Shown here piece by piece: positions 9,516-17,825 of a stretch of 64,000 nt of DNA; the stretch's first letter is position 1, and every line of letters starts with the position of its first letter. A program made the translations under genes and the position numbers. The notes beneath the pieces are model-generated. The model ran no database searches. It was not told the DNA's origin and worked only from the letters and a program-made list of their open reading frames with translations. The DNA is from a virus, in IMG/VR virus record IMGVR_UViG_3300035180_002574, positions 1 through 64,000 of that record, one strand, 5' to 3'.

Positions 9516-10148
9516 TCAGCCGCGCGAAAACTTGGCGGCGTCTTGCTTGACCTTGACTCCGAACCCCAAGCCACCACTGGTGCCAACCTTGACGGTCTTG
9601 TGGACCGCCATGCGGGGAGCCCGCAGAAGTCGCTTCATGGACTCATCGCGTGAGACGATTCGCACGGGATTCAGCTTCTCGGGACAGAGAAGCCAAGTGA
9701 TGCTTCCGTGCCAATTGGGCGCGCCGTCAACGAGCTGACGGTCGACCCACCGCTCCGCATCTTGGGGCATGTCGAAGTCGGCAATCAACTCTTTCATGTC
9801 ACCAGAATCGGTGACATGAAACTGGACTCTGCCCAGCTCGTCGAGAATCTGAGCAACGTATGCTTTGGGCTCCTTCTCTTCCTTGGGGAGAAGGAATCGC
9901 TCAGCCTTAGATTGATCCTGAAGCATGATATGAGACCAGACCGCAGACTGAATCTCAGTCAAGGCAGGAGTCGGCATCAGAGCACCACTGTCCACCATGT
10001 GAACAATGGGCGACGTCAGAGGAGCCAACTCCCCGGTCGTGAGGTAAGCGCGATGCGCTTCGATGAAGCCGATTGCCGACTTCGCGGTGGACAACTTGCG
10101 CAAGAACCCCTTAGGGGTCATCTTGCGTTCTTTCTTGGCTTCCGTCAT
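9516..10148 (-). CDS. Hypothetical protein, first gene after a promoter module
   Basis: Start reassigned to ATG 10148 after motif 10163 plus GGAG. Confidence 0.75.
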   Translation of the reverse strand: MTEAKKERKMTPKGFLRKLSTAKSAIGFIEAHRAYLTTGELAPLTSPIVHMVDSGALMPTPALTEIQSAVWSHIMLQDQSKAERFLLPKEEKEPKAYVAQILDELGRVQFHVTDSGDMKELIADFDMPQDAERWVDRQLVDGAPNWHGSITWLLCPEKLNPVRIVSRDESMKRLLRAPRMAVHKTVKVGTSGGLGFGVKVKQDAAKFSRG

Positions 10149-10344
10149 AGCTTCGCTCCACCTTGCCGATCGATGGAATGCCGTCAAACCATTCGACGGC
10201 GCATCCCGTTTCGCTTTCCTGCTTTCGGTGCGCATTGTCGATCGATGGAACCACACCGCGTCTCACAATGTCGCACAATGAATCACGCCCCGTCGTTTCG
10301 CGTTTTCGCTCGGGGCATTCTCGCCACCGCTTGTCGATCGATGG

Positions 10345-10421
10345 AAGGCATCGCCGCTTGTAAGGCATCGCCGCTTGTAAGGCATCGCCGCTTGTAAGGC
10401 ATCGCCGCTTGTAAGGCATCC
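10345..10421. repeat. Tandem 17-mer (AAGGCATCGCCGCTTGT) x4 plus a partial copy
   Basis: Units start at 10345, 10362, 10379 and 10396. Confidence 0.95.
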
Positions 10422-10461
10422 TACATTATCCTACCTTGGTATCTATAAACTTGCGGATCTC

Positions 10462-10482
10462 TATTAGCAAACTTGGTGCCAA
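10462..10482 (-). promoter_or_regulatory. sigma54-type promoter P3
   Basis: TTGGCACCAAGTTTGCTAATA. Confidence 0.8.
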
Positions 10483-10531
10483 CTTCCCCTGCGCTCAATA
10501 TCCTACATTGTGTGTGAATGTAATAAAATGG

Positions 10532-10568
10532 ATGACTTGTCATCCCAAGCATGACTTGTCATCCCAAG
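10532..10568. repeat. 19-nt tandem duplication ATGACTTGTCATCCCAAG(C)
   Basis: Two adjacent copies. Confidence 0.9.
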
Positions 10569-10619
10569 TGAGATATGTCGGGGCGAGTAATCAAAGGTGG
10601 AAGGTGATCCGCGGAGCGT

Positions 10620-10640
10620 TATTAGCAAACGCCGTGCCAC
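10620..10640 (-). promoter_or_regulatory. sigma54-type promoter P4
   Basis: GTGGCACGGCGTTTGCTAATA, near-perfect consensus. Confidence 0.85.
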
Positions 10641-10744
10641 CTACCTGCACACATAAAAACGCAGGGTGTCGTACCTTTCCTTACTTTTAGGGTCTTTCTT
10701 ACCTTTCCCTTCCCTTCCGCCCCGCTTGCACTTGCCCAAGACAT

Positions 10745-10789
10745 AGCCTCGGCGGCTCCTAGATCATTGCTAGCGAAACCGCCGAGGCT
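10745..10789. other. 11-bp GC-rich inverted repeat (hairpin without a U-tract)
   Basis: AGCCTCGGCGG...CCGCCGAGGCT. Confidence 0.6.
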
Positions 10790-10971
10790 CCCACGCCTTT
10801 CTCAGTCACATAATATATATGTTCCCCTCCGCGCCCACGTGCCAATCGGGAGCAAAAGAGAGGCGACCGCTAGGGCGTCCTTTGCGGGCATCACCCGCAC
10901 GTCAATACGGTGGATCTTGCATTATTGCCCCGCAATATCTAGGTGAGGTTACTTGTCGATCGATGGGATGG

Positions 10972-11298
10972 CTAGTTGAGCTTGCTGCCCAGGAAGGGGA
11001 CGGGATCCGACGACGGATGCGCCTGCGCCGTGGAGACGAGCTTGTAGACGCGCACGGCGTCGGCGACGCACTCACCCTTGATGATCTTGATCTCGACTTC
11101 GTTCCTGGCGTTGCTGATGGCGGCGCTGTAGGCGGCGCGGATGTTCGGGGGCAACTGCGGCTCGAACTTGTCGAAGACGCTGGCGACAAGTTCGAGACGC
11201 CGCTCCTCGAACGCGTTCATGAGCGGACGCAACTCGGAGCCCGCCTGTTGGCACGCTTCGTAGATTTCCTTGAGAACCTTGGAGACGTTCATGTTCAT
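10972..11298 (-). CDS. Hypothetical protein
   Basis: Start reassigned to ATG 11298 (GGAGG RBS after motif 11313). Confidence 0.7.
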   Translation of the reverse strand: MNMNVSKVLKEIYEACQQAGSELRPLMNAFEERRLELVASVFDKFEPQLPPNIRAAYSAAISNARNEVEIKIIKGECVADAVRVYKLVSTAQAHPSSDPVPFLGSKLN

Positions 11299-11332
11299 AC
11301 CTCCGAACTTCTGTGTCGATCGCTGGTAACTT

Positions 11333-11584
11333 CTAGAGGAGAACGGTCTCCTGGTTGGGGTGCGCGGGACTGGATGAATAGACCTTATCCAGACGATAGC
11401 CGTGCGCCTCGCACCACTTCTCGATAGACTGGAACGTGACCACGTAACCATGGAAGGGCTCGTCACCCTTGAACAGCAGAACCTCGTGACGCATGAGTTT
11501 GGGCGCGCCTCCCTTGGGCGCCGCCATAAACTCGGTTTCGGCGTCGAAGATGGAACGGAACGTGATTTCGACCATTGATGACAC
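11333..11584 (-). CDS. Hypothetical protein
   Basis: ORF track; GAGGT RBS. Confidence 0.7.
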   Translation of the reverse strand: MSSMVEITFRSIFDAETEFMAAPKGGAPKLMRHEVLLFKGDEPFHGYVVTFQSIEKWCEAHGYRLDKVYSSSPAHPNQETVLL

Positions 11585-11612
11585 CTCTTACAACACCCCA
11601 CTATCTCATGCG

Positions 11613-11873
11613 CTAGACGTCCTTGAGAGGCGCTTGATACTGGTCCTTGTTCCACTTGCGCAGGGACGCGTCTTCGATGGCTTCCTTCGACTCCTCGATG
11701 CCTGCGCCGGTGCGGTCGCGAAACTCCTTGATGCGCTGGATCTTGTTCTCGTAGACGGGAAACCTGCTACCCTTGGCGCAGGCATCGCGCGGCGGGGGAC
11801 CGAGCTTGTCGTCCTTGACCAGCTCGTCTGCGATAGCATCCCATTCGCTCCTGTCGATGAACATCTTGAACAT
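11613..11873 (-). CDS. Ribosomal protein L7/L12 C-terminal-domain-like protein
   Basis: NKIQRIKEFRDRTGAGIEESKEAIE matches the K..IK..R..TG.GL.EAK..VE helix-turn-helix of the bL12 CTD; the EF-Ts N-terminal domain is similar. Confidence 0.6.
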   Translation of the reverse strand: MFKMFIDRSEWDAIADELVKDDKLGPPPRDACAKGSRFPVYENKIQRIKEFRDRTGAGIEESKEAIEDASLRKWNKDQYQAPLKDV

Positions 11874-11921
11874 TAGTACCTCTTACTGTGTTGTCGATCG
11901 GTTGTCGATCGATGGAAGACT

Positions 11922-12131
11922 TTAGAAGACCGCCCGCTCCTCCACCTTGTAGGAGGTGATGACGACCTCGACCTTGGCGTCACCCACCACGCTGCCACCC
12001 TTGGCATGGTTCTTGGTCATGGCGAAGTGAGTGGCGGCGCCAATCGAGGCGAAGCCCTTGATGTCACGCCGAGTCAACTTGCCCGTGGCGGTATCGAACG
12101 TGAGGGCGGTAACGACGAACTTGGTGCCCAT
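11922..12131 (-). CDS. Hypothetical protein
   Basis: Start reassigned to ATG 12131 (GGAGG RBS). Confidence 0.7.
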   Translation of the reverse strand: MGTKFVVTALTFDTATGKLTRRDIKGFASIGAATHFAMTKNHAKGGSVVGDAKVEVVITSYKVEERAVF

Positions 12132-12397
12132 GTATGTTACCTCCGACTTGAGGCTTGACTTCAATAGAAGGATGGCAGCTTTCACGCCTTAGCTGCCCTG
12201 TAGCGCCTTTGCGACCCGGACGTTTTCCGTCAGTGCGCTATCAGCATCGCTCACATTCTCGCCTTTCATTGTCGATCGATGGCAGCCGTCGCTTTTTTTG
12301 TTTTCGTTCCCTGCCCTCGCCTTTCATTGTCGATCGATGGTGGACCGCCGCCGCACGTTCCTTATTATACGCGGCGACGACCACACCACACGCCCTT

Positions 12398-12418
12398 TAT
12401 TAGCAACGCGCGTACCAA
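12398..12418 (-). promoter_or_regulatory. sigma54-type promoter P5
   Basis: TTGGTACGCGCGTTGCTAATA. Confidence 0.75.
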
Positions 12419-12525
12419 CCACAATGTAATCAGGAATATATCGGGGGAAACGTGCCAGATAAGCGTCGGGCGCCCTAAACCACCTTCACTCACCGTGTGG
12501 ACAGATGCTTACATGTAGGATAAAC

Positions 12526-12564
12526 GACGAAAGCCCGCTCGCTTTTCAGCGGCGGGCTTTCGTC
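12526..12564 (-). terminator. Terminator-like hairpin
   Basis: 13-bp stem GACGAAAGCCCGC/GCGGGCTTTCGTC just after the stop at 12573. Confidence 0.75.
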
Positions 12565-12572
12565 CGTCAGTA

Positions 12573-13217
12573 TCAGTAGGCGTTGCTTGCGTCGTCGAGC
12601 TGGCGCGCCTGCGCCAGCAGCTTGTTCGCGAGCGTCACGTTACCCTCCTTGTCCGCCTTGCTGGCGGCGTCGAGCAGGACGCGCTGCTTCGCCTTCATGT
12701 CGGCGACCAGGCGCCGAGCGGGCGCGGGCATACCGGCAACGTAACCGGCAACCGTGGGCGAGAGACGCGGCGCCTTCCCCTCGCCCGGGTTTGGATCGAG
12801 GGTGAGACGGGCGCGGCGAGTCGCCGCCGCGAGCGCGGTCCCCAGGTCGTCGACCTTGAAGCCGCAGCACTGGAGCAGAAGAATGGTGTCGTGACGCACT
12901 TCGTGCGGATTCTTGAACGTGACGGGCTTCCGCTTCAGGTTGACAGCGGGCGCCCCGGTCACTGGATCGATGGCTTGACGAACGCCAACCATCGACGCGA
13001 GCCTGAGAAACTCCACCGCGTCGTTCGTCTCGTTCAAATCGAGCACCACGCCCACCGTCTCATGCGGAATGACCTTGGCGCTCGCCGCGCCGGCAACGCG
13101 CTCCACCTTGGGAGCCTTGACCGCCTTGACCGTTCGCGACGTATCGTCCAGCTTCGGGTCTTCGACCAAGCTGGAAACGGTGCCAGTCGCATCGGAGAGG
13201 AGAGAGGAAAAGTCCAT
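12573..13217 (-). CDS. Ala-rich hypothetical protein, first gene of the GC-rich block
   Basis: ORF track; GAGG RBS; very high GC3. Confidence 0.75.
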   Translation of the reverse strand: MDFSSLLSDATGTVSSLVEDPKLDDTSRTVKAVKAPKVERVAGAASAKVIPHETVGVVLDLNETNDAVEFLRLASMVGVRQAIDPVTGAPAVNLKRKPVTFKNPHEVRHDTILLLQCCGFKVDDLGTALAAATRRARLTLDPNPGEGKAPRLSPTVAGYVAGMPAPARRLVADMKAKQRVLLDAASKADKEGNVTLANKLLAQARQLDDASNAY

Positions 13218-13462
13218 TGAAAACCTCTTAGGGTTTGGGTTCGGGCGGAGCTTGCGCCCCGCGATGAATTCCCTTGCCTTTCGCGCCGTCCGCCAGTAGT
13301 AGGGGCGAGAACTTTGTCTCGCTGCACCTTGGAATCACCTTGCCGATCGATGGTACCTGGTTTCCCCCTCCCACTTCGGTTCGTTCCCTTTTTCGTTCCC
13401 TGTCTCAGCCTTCCATTGCCGATCGATGGGAGACCGGATTCCAGTCGGGACGGAACCGGCGC

Positions 13463-13483
13463 TATTAGCACACCTTATGCCAG
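13463..13483 (-). promoter_or_regulatory. sigma54-type promoter P6
   Basis: CTGGCATAAGGTGTGCTAATA. Confidence 0.75.
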
Positions 13484-13528
13484 CGGTAGGGTGATGTAGG
13501 ATAGGCTCCACGACACTCGCTCGACCGC

Positions 13529-13549
13529 TATTAGCAACTACCATGCCAC
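13529..13549 (-). promoter_or_regulatory. sigma54-type promoter P7
   Basis: GTGGCATGGTAGTTGCTAATA. Confidence 0.8.
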
Positions 13550-13561
13550 CTACATTGTAGG
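13549..13561. promoter_or_regulatory. Dyad box CCTACATTGTAGG abutting the -24 element of P7
   Basis: Perfect 6-bp inverted repeat; half-sites recur in the other modules. Confidence 0.55.
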
Positions 13562-14039
13562 CTAAAAAGACCGAAACCACAGATGCCAAACATTCCAATC
13601 GGAAAATAAAAATCTTATACTACATGTAAGATAAAAAATTACTTTATACTTCATGTAGTGTGATGTAATAATAAAAAGTATTTATACGACATCGTAGGAG
13701 CTATAAGAGAAGGTGGTAGAGGTAACCAATAAGCGCCCAATGGGCGAAAAGGTAGGCGATGTGGGTGGAGGTGGTAGATGTGTGCCTGGCAAACAGGAGC
13801 ATCTGTGGCTTATATTGATTAAAAGTTACTAAAAAACCATAAAACCACCACCCACCTACCTCTGCACACCATTTCAAATCGCCCCTTATACCTCTAGAAA
13901 GTTAGTCAATAGAACCCAATTAGAGTCCCTATAATGATTCAAATGGGACTTATTACCACTTCTCCCCACCAAATGACACCTTTATAATTATGTTTTTTAA
14001 CCAAACATCTTGTGTAATTAGAAATAATTTGCTTTTTAG

Positions 14040-15744
14040 GTAAAAATATTAAAAATATTAATCGTTTTATTTTCCGAATTAGTTTAGAGAATATGATATT
14101 GAGGCGTCCACATTTTTGAGATGATTGAAAGGCATAAGTTAGTGAGGCTTATCTGGTTTAGTGAAGCTTATCTGGTTCTTAGGTTGAAGAGAAGTTAAAC
14201 GGAATATTAATTTGTACGGTATTTTGGAAATGCATAACATATTTTATTTTACAATATTTACAATTGATCCAGATGCCATAGACATTATCGGTGATATTTT
14301 GTAGTTAGGGAGCCAGATTATAATTGTTCAGGTTTCATGAGAATATGAGATAAGTTTTCATTTTATGTTTAAGTTCTGGGGGTGTCATATTAAGAAATTT
14401 ATTAGCGTGATCATTATCTTTACCGAAGAAGGAGATTTTGTATAACCGAGATCTTCAGCCAGAGAGATGTTGGATATGGTGATAATATATTCCACGAATC
14501 ATTTGGGTCATCAATTTTGTGGGGGAGAGGGGTTACAATTGTAGCAATTGATAATCATGGGGCGGGTGGCGTCATGCAAGGATTTTGGCAATAAAGATTT
14601 TTGCAATACGGGAAGCCAGCAAGGAACTTTCTTTAGGTAAGTTATAAATTTTATTAATATGAATTTTATTAAGGGGATATGATCGAGGGCTATATTATGG
14701 AGGTTGTAGAAAAGCGATGGAGAGGCAGGAGCCATCTTGTTCTCCGATGGAGATGGCTAACCATTGATTTGTGTTTTCAATTGATTTGTGTTTTCATGGG
14801 ATATTGGACCTGACAATATAGACGGCTTCGAGATCTTCATTGCGGGGCATTTGGAATATCATTTAGGCAGAACCAGCGAGGAATAGATTTGGGAATCGAG
14901 GAAGATCATATGAATGGGAGGAGTGGACAGGAGATTGAAGGAGATTGAAGGAGATTGAGGCGGGAGATATCGAGGGATTGTTTTTGAAAATTAAGACGAA
15001 TTTCGATAACATTTGATTTGGTTGTCATTTATTGGGGAGATGAGGTGGGGGTTTCCACATTTTTGGCAATGGAGCATTTGATTTTATTGCAAAGCCGGCA
15101 TTGAATATTCATGAGGGCGCGAGATAAGTTTTGATTTTTGTGGATTTTATCCGGGGACCAAGTTCGGGCGTTGTGTTAGTTTAACTTTATTATTGGGCGG
15201 GGACCATAGGAGAGCGGAGGGGGTTTAAGCAAATTGATAAATTGGTCCCGGGGGTTTTGGTTCCATAATAAACGACGATCTTTTGAAAAGATCGGAGGGT
15301 GGATTGATGATTTGTGGTGTCGCAAGTATATTTGGCAATAATAATAAATGATTTCCCATGTAATCAGTCTTGCAGATTGTGGAATTATTTTATTACAAAA
15401 CCAGCAGGTGATTTGCTTGGGCGGAGCATTTAGATCATAGGAAAGGGATTAATTTCTTTAATTTATTGGAAATTTGATCTTTATTGAGATGGGGGCAAGA
15501 TTATTTTTTCCGATTTGATTATGTGTGGAGATAATTAGCTGATTGGAATGCGGGAGAAATCCGAGGTATAAATTTTTGAAATAAAAATCGGATATTTGTT
15601 CGGGATGATTGCGATCATAGAAATAGGCATTATAGGCAGAGGAGCAGTCATTGCATATTGGCATGGAGAATGATTGGTGGCATCTCCATGTTGATTGCGG
15701 ACCAAATTAATTTCTTTATTGCAGAGCCAACAAGCGGGAATCAT
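14040..15744 (-). pseudogene. Chain of decayed CxxC / C-terminal-FS family genes
   Basis: Relic ends KHKMKTYLIFS* (14335), LLPFI* (14906), TKIKTYLAPS* (15109), NKLKKLIPFL* (15435); relic starts CYNCN, CRLCNK, CWFCNK, CWLCNK; linked by ATGA overlaps. Confidence 0.75.
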
Positions 15745-16076
15745 AAGAAAAAGATCAATTGGTTTACTTTCTTTTTAATTTGTTCGATGGACATATGGAG
15801 AAGATTTTGTTCGCCGCTGGCTAGGATATTATCTCGATCCACGATGGCATAACCTCCCTCCGGATATATTCTGGCTCTTATATTGGTTTTAACATCAATT
15901 TCCCAGAATTTGATATCTGGTTTATCATGATATTTAAGAACGAAGAGGGTATGACATTGTGGGCAGCGCGAAGTTTTTTGAAATTCTCGAATTGAGAATG
16001 AATAAGCTTTTAATTCGGTATAAACATATGGAGTTTTGCAATAATGGCATTGAATATGAAAAGAATTGGCAATCAT
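15741..16076 (-). CDS. CxxC zinc-ribbon family protein, tail KKVNQLIFFL
   Basis: CHYC and CPQC; C-terminal motif. Confidence 0.75.
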   Translation of the reverse strand: MIANSFHIQCHYCKTPYVYTELKAYSFSIREFQKTSRCPQCHTLFVLKYHDKPDIKFWEIDVKTNIRARIYPEGGYAIVDRDNILASGEQNLLHMSIEQIKKKVNQLIFFL

Positions 16077-16462
16077 AGGAATGGCAATAATTTATTAAAT
16101 CGTTTATGAATATATTGAATAGGAGAAGATAACAGCCAAATTGGGTTCAAAATCATAATGATTGAGCATTTGAATGGGTTAGTTTTTAGCTCGAATAATT
16201 TGGCTTCAAAATTTTTGAACAGGAATTCGATAAAAAGGTTATCGGAAATATGGAGCATAAATCTTTCCACCTCGAATCCGAGTGTGGAGCGCGTCCAAAA
16301 GTATGAGATTTTGCATTTGGTGCAATTAATAATAATAAAAGTATTTAATTTGAATGGAAGTTGATCATACCCTTTAAATTTATTATCGACCTCTTCGGGG
16401 GAGAGGAGAATATTATTACAAAACCAACAATGGGGCGTTGGGTTCATGCAAATGGAATTCAT
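16073..16462 (-). CDS. CxxC family protein, tail KRFNKLLPFL
   Basis: CWFC and CTKC. Confidence 0.75.
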   Translation of the reverse strand: MNSICMNPTPHCWFCNNILLSPEEVDNKFKGYDQLPFKLNTFIIINCTKCKISYFWTRSTLGFEVERFMLHISDNLFIEFLFKNFEAKLFELKTNPFKCSIIMILNPIWLLSSPIQYIHKRFNKLLPFL

Positions 16463-16789
16463 GCAAATGGAATAAGTTTGTTAATTCTTTTGAATATGAC
16501 ATCCAAATTATTGGGCGGGGCGGGGCGGGGCGGGACATAATCTAAAGAGAGGGGGCATGAGAGAATATTTTCCTTGGGCTTTGAATTTTTATTCAAGCGG
16601 GGCATCATTGTGGATATGGTAAGTACTTAAGCAAAGATCAGAAAATGGAACATCAACATTTATTATGTGAACAAAATTCTCTGAGGAGAGATGATAAGCT
16701 TGACATTGAACAGACAGAATGCAAAGTAACCCTCTTGTTCTTAGGTTGAGATATTTGTTTTGTGCAGCTCCAGCAAAAGAAAATTTCAT
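16459..16789 (-). pseudogene. Decayed family member, tail KRINKLIPFA
   Basis: FCWSC restored by +1 T in a T4 run; (GCCCC)4 expansion; internal stops. Confidence 0.7.
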
Positions 16790-17161
16790 TTATAAAAATG
16801 GCATAAGTCTTTTAACTTGATTTCTAATTAATTTTAGATCTTTGAGAACAAAAGAGAATGGAATGTTAATTACATTATGATTAATTCCTGAAAAGGTTCC
16901 AATATAAGTCTTATTTTCTTTTAAGTTTGCTAAAACGTAAAGATTATCTTTTATATAGATTTCAAAATAATTTAGAACCCAATTAATTTTATCTGTTTTG
17001 ACGGAATAACCAACCTGGCAATTATGGCAGTAGGCGAACCAACCCTGGATTGGTGGATTTTGAACATATGGACTTTTGTTATTTACAAAATCAATAAGAA
17101 AAGCGCCTTCTTGATGGAGGCTTGGTATTTCTTTATTGCAATAAAAACAGGTTGGTTTCAT
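16790..17161 (-). CDS. CxxC family protein, tail NQVKRLMPFL
   Basis: CFYC and CHNC. Confidence 0.75.
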   Translation of the reverse strand: MKPTCFYCNKEIPSLHQEGAFLIDFVNNKSPYVQNPPIQGWFAYCHNCQVGYSVKTDKINWVLNYFEIYIKDNLYVLANLKENKTYIGTFSGINHNVINIPFSFVLKDLKLIRNQVKRLMPFL

Positions 17162-17471
17162 GAAAACGGAATAAGTCTTAAGACCTTATTTTTAAGGGTT
17201 TAAAGCGGGAGATGAATGATGGATCCAATAGGAATATATTATTAAGAGCTATTTTATTTATTGGATAAAGATGAGTCATACCATCCCTTTCAGGAGAAAC
17301 ATTTATTATCAAAGCTAGCTTATCACCCAATAATTGGGATCTTCATTTATATCAACGGGATCTTTCATATAGGATGAATAACTAACATCTAATTCTTCTA
17401 AGAGAAGTTTTAAGAGAATAAGCCTCATTATTGGTCTCTTGATTACAAGAAAAACAATGGGTTAGTTTCAT
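17158..17471 (-). pseudogene. Decayed family member, tail KNKVLRLIPFS
   Basis: MKLTHCFSCNQE start; several frame changes. Confidence 0.7.
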
Positions 17472-17825
17472 ATGAATGGCAATAATTTCTTAATTTTGTG
17501 TTTTAGTTCCGGGATGGTTAAATACAGAACCTGTTCCATTGGAATCTCAAATAATGTATATGTTCTATATATTCCATATTCTTTATATTTTTTCATTGTG
17601 CAAGCATTACCGCTATAATAAATGAATTTCGGTATTAGTATCGTCAATTTCTATATTAATGGAGCGGATTACTTGAATATAAACGTTTCGCAAGATAATA
17701 TAAATAGTTTTGCAATACGAGCAATATACGTGTCGGAATGCTTCATCATAGCGATAATCTTCTTCTTGAAATTCCTTATTACAGTAATAATAGTAGTAAC
17801 AATAATAACGGCAAAATTCCATCAT
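17468..17825 (-). pseudogene. Frameshifted family member, tail KHKIKKLLPFI
   Basis: ORF 17613-17825 continues in another frame to 17468. Confidence 0.75.

Larger units (their letters stand above)
4385..13429 (-). repeat. Dispersed, co-oriented 14-bp motif CCATCGATCGACAA (TTGTCGATCGATGG on +), 24 copies with at most 2 mismatches
   Basis: Perfect at 4396, 5088, 5662, 6129, 6789, 6875, 7021, 7151, 8563, 10235, 10331, 10953, 11902, 12269, 12327. One mismatch at 6947, 7885, 9397, 10163, 13340, 13416. Two mismatches at 5331, 8889, 11313. Truncated tandem copies at 4385 and 11891. Confidence 0.95.

Noticed and set aside
12462-12470. CTGGCACG as a sigma54 promoter (similar lone sites at about 10844 and 13586)
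   Set aside because: No GC at the required 10-nt spacing.
4385-13429. 14-mer as a cyanobacterial HIP1-type iterated palindrome
   Set aside because: The core is TCGATCGA, not GCGATCGC; it has fixed asymmetric flanks, a single orientation, and is confined to 9 kb.
661-13499. Many plus-strand and alternative-frame ORFs in the GC-rich block (for example 1275-2075, 6107-6952, 9708-10397, 10819-11427)
   Set aside because: They are antisense or off-frame shadows of RBS-bearing minus-strand genes, or span promoter and repeat regions; such ORFs are expected at high GC.
13700-14040. Replication origin or terminal repeat in the AT-rich gap
   Set aside because: Only loose GGTRG/CYACC runs; no clear iterons or long repeats can be established from this window.
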